64,000 nt of DNA from the human T2T-CHM13v2.0 reference genome, Homo sapiens: the NCBI RefSeq assembly GCF_009914755.1, contig NC_060925.1; one strand, given 5' to 3'. Below the pieces are notes generated by a model that was not told where the DNA came from, searched no databases, and saw only the letters and a program-made list of their open reading frames with translations. Below, one piece after another: positions 31,760 to 55,143 of the stretch (position 1 is its first letter; each line of letters starts with the position of its first letter). The translations under genes were made by a program, and so were the position numbers.

Positions 31760-34400
31760 CTCCCTGACACGTATAGACTCCTCACCTCTATCTGCATTGA
31801 ATCTATTTGGGCTAATTTCATTATCCCTTACTCCTGTTTATGCCCATTGCCACAGGAACCCTCAGGTTACCCGCACCCCATCATCTACATGCTTAATTCA
31901 TCTAAACCTCTGAACATTCCCTGCTCTGTCTTATCCCTCCCTGACTCTGGAAACCCTTCCAGTGTACCTTTTGGAATTCCAGTTCTTTATCAGCAAGATC
32001 TGTCTCGTAATCTGTTCTCTAAACATTCTTTCTTCTTCCTGTTCTAGTGGAATCATAGGGGAAGAGGGAGAGCTTAGAACACTGATTATCTGCAGACTAC
32101 TCAAGTGTTAACCCTTTTCTCATAATCTCAAAGCATTGGGTCTAGTAGTAAGGGTAGATGTCCTCTGTTTTTTCATTATTTTCACTGTCTTCTCCCTAAT
32201 CTCCCCAAACTTAGAATCTTACATATCATTAATTTGTATCATTTAGTACCTATCATTGCAGCTGTAAAACTCTTCATACATTGCAATTGTAAAAATTTTA
32301 GCTCTTGACTCCAATTACTCTCTTCAGTTCTACTCCTGTATTATTCTTTTTTTCAGTCTGTTTGTGAGCTGTAATGTGTTATTCTTGGTGGTTTCGATAC
32401 ACCCGTAGTTGATAACTCCAGTTCTTAAGACTTTCTGTTCTTTGAACTCCTGTCTTCCAGTGAACCTCTCCACTACCCTACCTCAATCACTTATGCCCTA
32501 GATCTGTACTTTAGACCTTGTCTCCATAATTTCAGTTTCCTTCTTCCTGCTCTCTGAGCACCACCTCTAATCTTTCTATAGCTTGTGTCATCTAGAAACC
32601 CCACCTTTGAAAAACAGTCATTTGATCCTGGGACCTTTAATCCTTGGGAACCTTCGATAACTATATTGAGATGTCTTCCAGACATCTGTGTGAATAATTC
32701 AGTATGTTTGTCTTGATTTCAAGGAAAAAATAGGGCTAGAGATACAAATGTTGGACTTTCACCATATAAAAAGATCTTAAATCTGTGTGTCTAGATGTCA
32801 TCACCTAGGGAGTGAACATAGACAGAAAGGACTAAAGGTACAAGGACTGAACCCTGGGACATTCCAGTTTTCAGAGACCAAAAGAATGAGGAGAGACCCA
32901 AAAGGAAAGAGGAAAACTTAGAATATATAGTGTCCTGGAAACCACATAAAAAGAGTATTTCAGAAATAGCATGTGATCACCTGAGCCAAATGATATAGAC
33001 AGATCAAGTGACATGAAGTCTGAGTATTGCCAGTGGGATGTAGCAATGTAATGTCAGTGTTGACATTGATTAGCTGTTTTGATGGAATGGTGGGGGCAAA
33101 ACCTAATTGGTGAGTCAAGAAAGAAAGGGAAAAAGAAAATGGAGATAATAACTAAATAATTTGTCAAGGAGTTTTGCTGTTAGAGCAGAAATGAAATGCA
33201 AAGATGGGTAGAGAGATCAAGAGAGTTTTCTTATTTGAAAAAAGTAACAGTGTCTATGTACATACACTGATGGAAGTGATTCAACAGCAAGAGAAGATCT
33301 GATAATGCAAGAGAAAGGAGAATGGCTGGCACAGTGTCCTTCTATAGTTGAGAGGGGATGGGATCTAGTAAATAAGCAGTAGGTTAGCCTAGCTAGGAGC
33401 ACAAACAGTCCTTCTCTAGGAATAGGGGAGGATGTGGGGAATACAGTGCAGATTATGGCTGGGTAGATGTGGTAAAGATAGCTTATTGAAGTTCTTCTCT
33501 GATTAGTTGAGGCCAGGTGCTGTGGCTCACGCCTGTAATCCCCACACTTCAGGAGGCCAAGGCGGGAGATCATGTCAGCCCAGTAGTTTGAGACCAGCCT
33601 AGGCAACATGGTGAAACCCCATCTCTACAAATGATACAAAAATTAGCTGGGCATGGTGTTGCATACCTGTAGTTCCAGCTACTTGGGAGGCTGAGGTGGG
33701 AGGATCATCTGAGTCTGAGGAGTTCGAGGCTGCAGTGAGCTGTGATTGCACGGAACTGTGATTGTGATTTTGAGAAAGAGCAAGACCCTGTCTCAAAAAA
33801 ATATTTTTTTCTCACTAAAATGGAAAGTGAGGTGATTAGCTGAGCCTGAAGAGAGAGGATAAAGTATGATACAGTCTTTTAAAAGGATGGGAGAAAGAGT
33901 ACACTAAGAAGTATGGTCTGATTTCCAGTAGTATGAAGAGCCAAAGTTAGTGATCATACACATAAAGTGAGACTAGTCAGCTTTTCTATATGACTTTCTG
34001 AAACTTCTCAGGCTAGGATTTTGGAAAGATTGTGTGAAGATACTGAAATTACTCCTGACAGAAGGCATGATAAAAAGAATGTGAGTGATACAGGAATAAA
34101 ATCCTTAAAGAGTGAAGGGGATTTCCCAAAGGTTTGTATGTGACTTTTAGCAAGGAGGAGTAATGGTTGTTGTAGTCTGATGACATCATTTCAAACCTGG
34201 GTGTTTTTATGGAGAACAGAGGGAGAATGCCTGAAGATGAAATGAGCCAGCAGGATGTCTACCCCACCTCTAGGTCTAGTGGTACAAAGGGCATGTGAAA
34301 TCCAACAGCCATCATTTGAGAGAGCTGCCAAGGAAGCTGCATCCACAGGGGACAGTCAAGTTGCAACCTGTTCAGGGTATGTTAAGGGCTGTACTAAATG
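31760..34400. mobile_element. L2 ORF2 fragments in both orientations, with AluJ 33511-33800
   Basis: L2-like text (ttcttggtggtttcgatacacc; gatgtcatcacctaggg; ggactgaaccctggg). Confidence 0.6.
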
Positions 34401-34572
34401 TGTGTCCAGGGTGCTTGGGAGTACAAAAGTAAAGATTTGTAACCCAAGCTAGTCATTAAGCAAGGTGTTCTTTTTGGAGGTAGCTCATTGAATGAGGTAG
34501 AAAGCTCATTCTAAGATCCGTATGAAATAGAATTATATGATTAGGAAATTAACAGTCCACAGCATTATAGTT

Positions 34573-35690
<1,118 letters not shown>

Positions 35691-36109
35691 GCCACAACAT
35701 GTGAGAAGAATGCAAGGAAAACTCTGGAAACATTAAAATCACATTGTTCTAGTGGTGATTACCTGTGGAAAAAAGTAAAAAAGCAGCTTTAACTTTTTAT
35801 TCAATTTGCTACGGTTTTTGGCCATAAGAATTTGTGAATTGTACGATAAAAATGTTAAAATAAAAGTTATTAACAGAGGGCAGTGCTGGCAGTTGGAAGA
35901 CCAGTTAAGAGGCCATTGCCATTATCAAGATGTTAGGGGAATGTTTGAAATAAAGAAAATATATGACTATGAGAAAAATGTAAGAGATTAAATCAGTGGC
36001 ATGTGGATTGATTGTCTTCAGATTCCCTGAGTGATTAATGCCATGTGTTGATACCCTTAACTTAGATAAGGAATACTAATAGGAAGAGAAGAGTTAGGGG
36101 GAGGAAGAC

Positions 36110-38460
<2,351 letters not shown>

Positions 38461-38753
38461 AGCAGCTGATTCAAGGTCAACTGACTGCTCCCAGTTTTGT
38501 TTATAACTTGTTTCTCTGGGATGAATCATCACTTACCTTTGAACTGTCTCCTCCAGCTGCTAAAATCGATTCTTAAAGTGGAAAAAGCCTGCTTGCTAGG
38601 CTGCTAGATTTTCTGTCAGATTTTTTGTTTTTTTTTTTTTTTTTGGTCCCATTGAGCCAGTTATTGCCATCCTTAAGGAAGGATTCTTCTCAATAATGTC
38701 ATTTTTTCTGGAGCTAGAACCGTGAATGTAAGTCATTAATAACAATCAGCTTA

Positions 38754-39680
38754 GCTGGGCACAGTGACTCACACCTGTAATGTCAACACCTGGGGAAGCC
38801 AAGGTAGGGGAATTGCTTGAGACCAGCCTGGACAACATAGTGAGACCCCCATCTCTTCCAAAAATTAAAAAATTATCTGGCTTTTCCACTTTATGATGGC
38901 TTACACCTGTAGCTCCTGCTCCTCAGGAGGCTGAGGTGGGAGGATCATTTAAGCCCAGGAGTTTTGAGGCTGCAATGAGCTATGCCTGCACCACTGCACT
39001 CCTGGGTGACAGAATAAGACCCTACCTGAAACCAAAACAAACAAAAAAAAGTAGCTATAAAAAAGAATGAAATCACTGATGCAGCTGGAGGCTATTGTCC
39101 TAAGTTAATTAAGGCAGGAACAGAAAATAAAATACTGCATGTTCTCCCTTATATGTGGGAGCTAAACAGCGGGTTACTCATGGCCATAAAGATGGCAACA
39201 GGCCAGGTGCAATGGCTCACGCCTGTAATCCAGCACTTTGGGAGGCCGAGGCAGGTGGATCACTTGAGGTCAGGAGTTCAAGACCAGCCTCGCCAACCTG
39301 GAGAAAACTCATCTCTACTAAAAATACAAAAATTAGCCTGGTGTCATGGCACACGCCTGTAATCCCAGCTACTCAGGAGGCTGAGGCAGGAGAGTCGCTT
39401 GAACCCAGGAGATGGAGGTTGAAATCGCCCCACTGCACTCCAGCCTGGGCAACAGAGTGAGACTGTGTTTCCAAAAAAAAAAAAAAAAAAAAAAAGGCAA
39501 CAAAAGATTGGAGACTACTTAGAGGGGGCAAGAGTTGAAAAAGTAGCTATTGCGTTCTGTGCTCACTACATGATTGATGAGATCAATCGTACCCCAAACC
39601 TCAGCATCACGCAATATACCCGGGTAATAAACCTGAAAGTGTACCCGCTGAATCTAAAATAAAAGTTGAAATTATTTTTT
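38754..39680 (+). mobile_element. AluJ (38754-39050) followed by an L1PB/MA 3' end containing an AluS (39201-39495)
   Basis: L1 3'UTR ending gaatctaaaataaaagttgaaatt; Alu TSD ggcaaca. Confidence 0.8.
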
Positions 39681-39729
39681 ATGTGAATTTTTAAAGAATC
39701 AGTTTAAATATTTTCTTCAGAATGTTTTG

Positions 39730-40033
<304 letters not shown>

Positions 40034-40089
40034 AGAATGTTGTTATAACATCTTAATCTTCCTTCCCCCAAAATAAGACCAGTTCAAAT

Positions 40090-40993
<904 letters not shown>

Positions 40994-41027
40994 AAATTAT
41001 TGATTTTATTCTGTCAACAAACTTTAA

Positions 41028-41348
<321 letters not shown>

Positions 41349-41433
41349 TAATTTTGGCCTTTTAAGGTAAATGTATATTGGAGAAATAGAGAAAACCCAA
41401 TAAAAGTAGCACACATTTTTAGGCCTTAGCATC

Positions 41434-42126
41434 TGTGGTAGAATAAAGAATTTCTGTGATCTTTGGTCCAGATGTAGGCACAGAGCCTCTGAAAACCTTG
41501 GAATTTCCTGAAACATAGGATTGTCTTGTTATACCAGTGAGGTGACTCGTAGTGGGCCCCTGGATAGTTTCAGGTTGGGGACTGATCACAAGAAAGACAA
41601 ACCACATTATTAGAAGGTTGAGATAGAGGCCGGGAGATTGAGTTCAGTCATTTAGCCAATCATTTAATCAATCATGACTATGTAATGAAAATTAAAACTC
41701 TGGACAACCTTAAGCTCAGTAGAGCTTCCTGGTTGGTGAACACAGGAGGGTGACACTCCCGGATTCCACAAGGAGAGGGCACAGGATCTCTACTTCCCCT
41801 CCCACACCTCACCCTGCCTTTGTGTATCCTTTATAATAAAACTGTAATAATAAGTATAGTGCTTCTCTGAATTCTATTAGTTGTTCTAGTAAATTATTGA
41901 ATGTGGGAGGGCTGTGAGTACTCCCTGAACTTGCAGCTAGTCAGCCAGATATGCTGGTGGTCTTGGCCCCTCCCCCTGCCATCCCCACAAAGACTTATGA
42001 CTGGTGTTGGAAGTGCGGCAGTCTTGTTGAGGACTTTGCTCTTAAACTGTGGGGTCTATGCTAACTCTATATGGATGGCATCAGAGTTTAATTGCAGTAT
42101 ACCCAACTTGAGGTAGTGTCAGAATA
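41434..42126 (+). mobile_element. MER21-like solo LTR
   Basis: cacagagcctctgaaaaccttggaatttcctg ... ttataataaaactgtaat ... gtagtgtcagaa. Confidence 0.7.
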
Positions 42127-42687
42127 GCATCTTCTGAAAAGTCTGCAGAGCCTGGCCAGTTGGAAAGAATGCTTGTTTATTATATTGTTGCTTGCAGTTG
42201 GTGGGAATTCATCATTACTTCCCCTTGCATTACAGATGCCTTTTGCCAAAGATTTCCATCACATATATAGTGGTCTGTTTTTTGCTATTACCCTGGCAAC
42301 AACTCCATAACTTGGAAACCATTTCTTTTCTCCAACGTTGGCCATATTTGGTAATGTAGAATGTTGAATTGTGAATCAGCTCTAAAAATCCTAATAAATA
42401 AATGAACCTTAAAAATTGATTACTTAATAAGTACAGTATTTACCTTATTTATATAAGAGCAAAGACTTATCATATGATGCCTTTCATTCTGGTAGGTGTC
42501 ACCAAGAATTCAATATAAGACTCAGAAAAAGTCTTTGACTTAGAAGGTGTTGTAAACTAAGCACATTCTGATTTCATTATCATGGCCTTATGGAAGCCCT
42601 CATCACTTTTCATTTGGCTTATCGAAGATACCCCCTAACTCCTTTTCCCTCTCTATTCTGTCCATTCTAAATTTTAGAGTAAGACAC

Positions 42688-44594
<1,907 letters not shown>

Positions 44595-45806
44595 CTTTCG
44601 ACCTATGTATACACATCTGTGCAGCCATCATCACGATCAAAATTGTGAATACATCTGTCATCTCCTAAAGTTTCCCTAGGTCCTTTTGTAATTACTTGCA
44701 GGCAACCACTGATGTGCTTTTTGTCACTCATAGATTACTTTGGATTTTGTAGAATTTTATCTAAATGGAGTTATATAGTATGTACTGTGTTTTTTGTCTG
44801 GCGTCTTGTCCTTTGTATTTCCATATGAATTTAAAAATCAGATTATCAGACAGGCAGCTGGTATTTTTATTGGGATTGTGCTGAATCTGTAGATCAGTTA
44901 GGAGTGAATTGACTTCTTAACAATATCAAATCTTTTAACCCATGAACATGCTTTGTTTCTCCACCTATTTAGATCATCTTTAATTTCTCTCAACATGTTT
45001 TCTGAAGTTCTTATGCCTCTTTTGTCAAATTTATCACTAGGTGTTCCATATTTTTATGCAATTATAAGTGGTATTGTTATTTTTCATTTCTATTTACAGT
45101 ATGTATAAATGTAGTTGATTTTGTATATTGATCTTTTATCCTGCAGCCTTGCTAACTCTCTTATTCCAGTAGCTTTATTGTAGATTCTGTTGTATTTTCT
45201 GGAGATACTCCTGTTGTCCATGAAGAAAGACAACTTGCCTATTCCACTGGGCTGGAACTCCCAGTGTAATTTTGAATAGAAATGGTAATCGTAGATATTC
45301 TTGCCTTGTTCCTGATCTTAGAGCATTTTGTCTTTACTATTAACTGTGGTGTTAGCTCTAAGTTTGTCATAGATACCCTTTATCAACTGAAGAATGTGTC
45401 CTATTCCTAGTTTGCTAAAAGTTTTTATCAAAAATTATTATTGAACTTTTGTCAAATGCATTTTCTATGTCTAATGAGATGATTATATGTTTTTTTCTTG
45501 ATTAGCCTACTAATGTAGTGACTTATATTGATTGATTTTCAGATTTTAAGCCAACTAGAATTCCTGAGATAAACGTTACTTGGTCATGATGTATTTGCTC
45601 CCACCTCCCATTATTTAGAGAATATTCGTTTATGCCGGGCACGGTGGCTCATGCCTGTAATCCCAGCACTTTGGGAGGCCGAGGCGGGCGGATCACGAGG
45701 TTAGGAGCTGATCAAGACCATCCTAGCTAACACAGTGAAACCCCGTCTCTACTAAAAATACAAAAAATTATCCAGGTGTGGTGGCGGGTGCCTGTAGTCC
45801 CAGCTA

Positions 45807-45992
<186 letters not shown>

Positions 45993-46461
45993 TTAATATG
46001 TATGCATCTATATTCATAAGGAATATTAGTCTGTAGTTATCTTATAATATCTTTGTCTGGTTTTGGTGTCAGGGTAATGCTGACCTCATAGTTATGAATT
46101 GGGAAGTATTCCCTCCTCTTCAATTTTCTGGAAGTGTGTAGAATTGTTACTACTTCTGTCTTATATGTTTGGCAGAATTGTCCAGTGAAGCCTCTGAACC
46201 TAGAATTTGTGGGAAGGTTTTAAATTATAAACTTAATTTTGTTAATAGATATAGGATTAGTTAGGTTATCTGTTACTGAGTGAGCTTTGGTAGTGTATAT
46301 CTTTCAAAGAATTTTCAGTCTCCTCTAAGTTGTCAAATTAATTAACATACAGTTGTTTACAATAATTGACAAAGTTGTTCTGATAACTGTAGAATCCATA
46401 GAAATGTGACCTTTCTCATTCTTGATGTTGGTAATTTCTATTTTGTCTTTTTTTTTCCTGA

Positions 46462-46674
<213 letters not shown>

Positions 46675-47116
46675 TAATTTTTAAATTCTTTGTAGAGATG
46701 GGGTCTCATCGTGTTGCCCAGGCTGGTCTTGAACCTCTGGATTCGAGCAATCCTCTTGCCTTGGCTTCCCAAAGTGCTGGAATTACAAACGTTAGCCACT
46801 ATGCCTGGCGTTGTGTATGGTTTTATACATTTTCTCTCTTGTTTTCCAGTGGTTTTTTTATTAATTGATTTCTACTTTGGTCTTTATGATTACCTTTCTT
46901 CTGGGTTTCATTTGCTCCTCTTTTTTAAATTTCTTAAGGTAGAAAGTGAGAGCATTTCTTGTTTTTTTTTTTTTTGATTTTTTTTTTTTTTTTTTTTTTT
47001 TTGGTTTGGTGTTTTTTGTTAGAGACCAAGTCTCACTATGTTGCCCCAACTGATCTTGAACTTTTGGGTTCAGGTGGTCCTCCCACCTTGGTCTCTCAAA
47101 GTGCTGGGAGTTAGTC

Positions 47117-47176
47117 TTTCCTTTCTAATATAGTGTAGTGATATAATTTCCTTTCTAATATAATGTAGTGATATAA
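47117..47176. repeat. 30-bp tandem duplication
   Basis: tttcctttctaatatagtgtagtgatataa x2 (1 mismatch). Confidence 0.88.
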
Positions 47177-50100
47177 TTTTCCCCCTAAGAACTGCTTTAG
47201 TGGTATGACATGTGTTTTCATTTTTATTAAAAAGACATAGTCTTGCTCTGTTGCCCAGGCTGTAGTGCAGTAGCCTGATCATAGCTTACTGCAGCCTCGA
47301 CTTCCTGGGCTTAAGCGATCCTCCTGCCTCATCCTCCTAAGTAGCTGGGACCACAGTTGCCTGCCACCACACCCAGCTAATTTATTTTATTTTTTGTAGA
47401 GACGTGGTCTGGCTATGTTGCCCAGGATGGTCTTGAATTCCTAGCCTCAAGGGATTCCCACACCTTGGCGTCCCAAAGTGCTAGGATTACAGGCATGAGC
47501 CAGCACACCCAGCCTCTAATTTCCCTTTTGATTTCTTCTTTGACCCACAAATTATTCAGAAGTATATTGTTTAGTTTATGAATATTTGGGGATTTTCCAG
47601 AGATGTTTCTGTTACTGATTTCTAATTCTATTTCATTGTAGTCAGAAAACATATTTTATATGACTTGAATCCTTTTAAAATTTATTGAGTTTTGTTTTAT
47701 GACTCAGAGTGTGATCTTTCTTAGCAAATGTTCAGTGTTCACCTGAAAAGAATGTATATTAGTACTGTTTGGTAGTGGTCTGTAAGTGTCAATTATGTCA
47801 AGTTTGTTGGTAGTGTTGTTCAAGTGTTCTACATCCTCACTGATCTTCCCATTTATTTATTCAATCATTTATATCAGTATGAACTAATAGGTATTTATTA
47901 TCTAGATCAGACTGTAATCCATTAATACTTTAGTTTTTTTGCTTAAGTTGTTCCGTTTTGGCCATCAAGGTCCTTTCAGTTGGCTCCTTTCCCCCCTTGA
48001 CTTACATCAATTTGGTGGTTTTTGTTTGGTTGGTTTTGGTTTTGGTTTGTTGTTGTTTTATCCCTTCCTTACTATCTGCGATTATAAGATATTCCAGGCT
48101 CATGTTGTATATTTCTGACCCCAGTCCTAGAATCAGCCGTTTCTCCAAGAGGTCTGGATTTTTAAATTGGAGAACAGTATTACAAATCAAGATCTGGGTT
48201 CTAGGAATGCTTGTTTCTACTGGGGTGTCCTTTTTCTAGTCCCTCTTAGCTGATTGACCAAAGACATATAGTATTAGTATGTATACTAACCTGTGAATAT
48301 ACACATATCTATAAATATTTTATATGTAATTGTCTGTATTTATATTAAACATGAATTCTTCTTGATGTCTCTGGCTCCAATTCAATATCACATGGATCAT
48401 TCTAGCTTCTTCTTCCCTTTGCTGATCTGTAAATTTCCACTCCAACAATGAGAAACCTGGGTCCCATCATCCACCATCCATACACATAAACTACTCAGTT
48501 CCAGTGTACGTGTATAGCAGTATCAAAATTATTAACCCATACTCCTTGAGAAACAACTTTATCAAGTTGAGTTCAGTACTTACCTGTAGTTCCTTTGATC
48601 TTTAGTCTAACTGATTTCATTCATTTCCAAAGTTTCTTACGTCAGCACTTTTCCCTTCACCCTCTTCAGTGATGTTGTTTCATACATTTGTAATACAGTT
48701 AGATTCTCTTGTCATAGTCTGCATTCTTCTCTGGGATCCTCTGATCTCATAAGTTATTTTTTTTTAATTTGCCTTTAGAGGTGACAAACCAAGGCTTAAA
48801 TTTTTTTTTCCCTTACATTACTCTCTAGGTTATAAAGTTCTGTATGTTTTGACAAATGCGTAATGTCACGTATCTGCCACTACAGTATCATACAGAGTAG
48901 ATTTATTTCCCTAAAATAGTGCACAGTACTTCACCTATTTGTCCCTCATCATTTCCCGCTGGCACCATTGATTGTTTTACTGTCTCCATAGTTATACCTA
49001 CCTTTTCCAAAATGTCACAAGGTCAGAATCTTATGACATATAGCCTTTCAAATTAGTTTCTTTCACTTAGCAATATGCCTTCAAGGTTCCTGTCTTTTCG
49101 TAGGTGGATAGCTTGTTTATTTTTATCACTAAATAATATTCCATTGTATGGATGTGCCACAGTATGTTTATCCATCATCTATTGAAGGACATCTTGGTTG
49201 CTTCCAGTTTTGGGCGATCACGAATAAACTTGCTATACACATTCATGTTCAGGTTTTTGTGTAGACAAGTTTTCAACCCAAGTAAGTAATTATTTAGAGC
49301 AATTGCTGGATTGTGTGGGAAGACTGTGTTTAGCTTTTTAGAAACTGCCAAACTGTCTTCCAAAGTGGCTGTACCATTTTGCATTCCTACTAACAATAAC
49401 AAGAGTTCCTGTTGTTCCCCATCCTTTTTAGCCATTCTAATAGGTATGTATGAGTATCCAATTGTAGTTTTAATTTGCAATGTCCTATGCCAAATGATGT
49501 TGAGAATCTTTTTATATACTTGTTTGCTATCTGTATATCTTTGGTGAGGTGGCTGTTCAGATCTTTTGCTCATTTTTAAAATTGGGTTGTTTGTTTTCTT
49601 GTTGAGATTTAAGAGTTCTTTACACATTTGTCTTTTATCAAGTATGTGGGTTTTTGGTTTTGTTTTGTTTTGGGGGTTGGGGGTTGGGACTTGACTTTTC
49701 TTGTTTGTTTTTGAGACAAGGTCTTGCTCTGTCACCCAGGCTGGAGTTCAGTGGTGCAGTCACAGCCCACTACAGCCCAAGCTCAAATGATCCTCCCACC
49801 TCAGCCTCCTAAGTAGCTGAGACCAGGTGCGTTAGGCTGCCACACACAACTAATTTTTAAATTTTTTGTAGAGACAAGATCTCCCTGTATTGTCCAGACT
49901 GATCTTGAACTCCTGGGCTCAAGCAGTCCTCCATCTTCAGCCTCCCAAAGTGCTGGGATTACAGGCATGAGCCACCATGCCCAGCCAAGTATGTGTTTTT
50001 TACAGATATTTCCTCCTAGTCTATGGTCTGTCTTTTTCATTCTCTTAACAGTATCTTTTGCAGAAGTTCTTAATTTTAATGCAGTCTAGCTTATTAATGT

Positions 50101-52907
50101 TTTTTTTCATGGTTTTGCTTTTGGTTTCATATCCTAAAAATTCATCGCCAAACCCAAGGTCACCTAGATTTTGTCCTATGTTATCATATACAAGTTTTAT
50201 CGTTTTTTGTTTTTACATTTAGGTAAATCTTACATTCGGATCATTTTCATGACCCATTTTGAGTTAATTTTTGTAAAAGGTTGTATCTAGATTCATTTTT
50301 TTGCATATGAACATTCAGTTGTTCCAGCACCATTCGTCAATGAGAATATATATTTTCTTCATTGAATTGCCAGTGCTCCTTTGTCATATATCAGTTGACT
50401 ATATTTGTATGGGTCTGTTTGTGGAGTCTCTGCTTTGTTCTGCTGATTTATGTATCTGTTCTTCCACCATGTTGTCTTGATCACTATAGCTTTATAGTGA
50501 GTCTTGAGGTCAGGTAATATCAGTCCTCTAACCTTATTCTTCTTCAGTATTGTATTGGTTGTTTAGGTTATTTTGCCTTTCCATGTAAACTTTAGAATCA
50601 ATTTGTCAATATTCACAAACTAACTTGCTTGGATTTTGATTGGGATTGCATTTAATCCGTAGATCAAATTGCTTATAATTAACATTTTAGTCATATTGAG
50701 TCTTCCATTATGATCATGCAAGTCTCATTTATTTAGATCTTTGATTTCTTTCATCAGAGTTTCGTAATTTACAGTGTACAGATTTTCAGTGTATTTGTTA
50801 AATTTATATGTAGGCATTTCAGTTTTTCTGTTAATGGTATTGTGTTTTTAATTTCAAATTCTGATTATTCATTTCTGGTATAAAGGGACACAATTGACTT
50901 TTTAATATTAGCATTGTATCCTGCAACCTTGTTGTAATTGCTTATTAGTTACAGGATTGTTGTTTGTTGATTCTTTAGAATATTCTACATAGACAATCAT
51001 GTCATCTCTAAACATAAACACCTTTATTTCCTCCTTCCCAATGTATTTACCTTTTATTTCCTTTTCTTGCCTTTTTGGTTTTGTTTTGCTTTTTAATTTA
51101 TGTATTTTTTTTAGAAATGGGGTCTCACTATGTTGCCCAGGCTGGTCTTGAACTCCTGGGCTCAAGTAATCCCCCCAACTCAGCCTCCGAAAGTGCCAGG
51201 ATTACAAGTATGAGCCACTGCACCCAGTCGTCTTTTCTTGCCTTATTGCACTGGCTAAGACTTCCAGTATGATACTGAATAGGAGTAGTGAGAGGCCATC
51301 CTTGCCTTGTTCCTGTTCTTGGAGAAAAAATACCCGGATTCTCCCCATGAAGTATTATGTTAACAACAAGTATGTCTTCTGTAGATGTTCTTGGTCAAGT
51401 GAGGAAGTTCTCCTGTATTCCTAGTTTGCTGAGTTTTTATCAAAAAAGTTTTAAATGGGTTTTAGATTTAGTCAAGTGCTTTTTCTGTATCAGTTGATGT
51501 GACCATATGATTTTTCTTCTTTAGTATGTTGATGTGGTAGGTAATTGATTTTCAAATGTTGAGCCATCCTTGCATACTTGGAGTAAATTCTATTTGGTGA
51601 TGGTATATAACTTTTTTATACATTGTTGGATTTGATATTTCTAATATTGAGAATTTTTGCATCTGTTTTCATAAGAGGTATTGGTCTGTAGTGTTTTTTT
51701 CTTACAATATCTTTATTTGGTTTGGGTAATAGAGTAATACTGGCCCCATGGAATGAGTTAGGAATCATGTTACAATCATCTTTGCTTGGAAGAGATTGTA
51801 GAGAATTGGTATCATTTCTTCTATAAATGTTTGGTAGAATTAATCAGTGAAACATCTGAAACAGGTGCTTTTTTTGGAGATGATTAGCTATTGACTCAGT
51901 TTCTTTAATGGAGTCTTTCTTTTTTTAAAATTCAATCTAACAAGCTCTACCTTTTAATTGGGGCATTTAATGTGGTTGTTGATGTGGTTTGTTTATGTCT
52001 ACCACCTCCCTATTTGTTTCCTAATTATTCCACCTGTTTTTTTCTCCTTCCGTGATCTTTTGCTGCTTTATTTGGGGTTAAGTGTGTATTTTTATTCCAT
52101 TTATGTCCTTTATTGGCTTATAGGCTATAACCCTTTATTGTTTAGTGTTTGCCTTAGCATTTATAGTGTATATCTTTAACATATCCCTCATATCAATCTT
52201 CAAATAATATTATACCACTTCACATACAGGATAAGAATCTTCCATTTCTCCCCTTCCAGCCTTTATATAGTTGTTTTCAAACTTTTGATCCTCATGTGTT
52301 GTAAATCCCACACTATTATTTAATAGTAATAATATTATTATTAATTAAACATTTACTGCTTTTTAAAGAGATTTAAATAATAAGAAAATGTCATGCATCT
52401 TTTTCCATGTAGTTAAGTTTCCCATTGCTCTTCATTCTTTTGTGCAGATCCATATTTCCACCTGGCATCCTTTGCTTCTGCCTAAAGGACATTTTTAAAA
52501 CATTTTTTTGTAGTGTGGTTTGCTGTTGAGAATTTTATTTAGTTTTTTTGTTTGAAAAAGTATTTATTTTTTACCTCTGTCTTTTAAAAATATTTTTGCT
52601 GAGGCCGGGAGCAGTGGCTTTTGCCTATAATCCCAGCACTTTGGGAGGCTGAGGCAGTAGGATTACTTGAGGTCAGGAGTTCGAGACCAGCCTGGCCAAC
52701 ATGGTAAAATACCGTCTCCATTAAAAATAGAAAAATTAGCCAGGCATGGTGGCGCGTGCCTGTAATCCCAGTTACTTGGGAGGCTAAGGCAGGAGAATCT
52801 TTTGAACCCAGGAGGCAGAGCTTGCAGTGAGCCAAGGTTGCGCCATTGCACTCCTGCCTGAGCAACAAAATGAGACTCCATCTCAAAAAAAAATTTTTTT
52901 TTGCTGG

Positions 52908-54277
<1,370 letters not shown>

Positions 54278-54596
54278 TGATCCGCCCACCTCAGCCTCCC
54301 AAAGTGCTGGGATTACGGGCGTGAGCCACCACGCCTGGCCCATATCTTCCATAATTTAAATATATTGCTCTGCTGTCTTCTTGCATTGTTTCCAACGAGA
54401 AATCTGCTATAATCCTTGTCTTTGTTCCTCTGTATAACATATCTTCTTCTCACTTTACTGAGCTCCACCAAGCTCTAGCCACTCTAAAGATTTTTCTCTG
54501 TATCTTGAGTTTTGAGCGATTTGACTGGGTATTCTTTGATGTACTTCTCTTCTTCTTTCTCATGTTTGGGATTCTTAGAGATTCTTAGATTTGTGA

Positions 54597-55143
54597 TGTT
54601 ACAAGAAAAACTTGGGACTGCAACGTCCCATCTAAACTGGGAAGGAGCCATGAGACCAAAGAATGACTCAGACAAATTTAACTTGATGAGTAGACGAGTT
54701 TATTCAGCTTACATACAAGGCACTCCTGGACGGCAGCAGGACAGCTCTAGAGATCCACGCTGCCTCCTGTCTCTAAACCGCATTTTTTGTTTGTTTGTTT
54801 TTAGACATGGGGTGTTTTGCCATGTTGCTTAGGCTGGTCTCAGACTCCTGGACTCAAGTGATCGCCCTCCTCAGCCTCCCAAACTGGCATGACAGGCGTG
54901 AGCCACTGTACCCGGCTCCCTCTAAACTGCTTTTAAGCTAATTTTCTGGATCTTTGCCTACTGTGTTTGAACAATGATACTGTTTTTCTTGAGAGATTCT
55001 CAGATACTCTCTGGGATGTTTGGTTGGTTCTCAGGGATACCTGCTCCTCAGCTGGGTACCATTGCCATGGGCCTAGCCTTCAGGTTTCAGGCAGTGAACA
55101 TATGTACCTTTAAGTAATCTGGTAAAGGACCCATCACACAACA
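54597..55143 (-). mobile_element. Solo LTR (LTR47-like, ERVL class) with an Alu monomer (54785-54916)
   Basis: TGTT...AACA termini; 5-bp TSD tgtga / tgtgg. Confidence 0.65.
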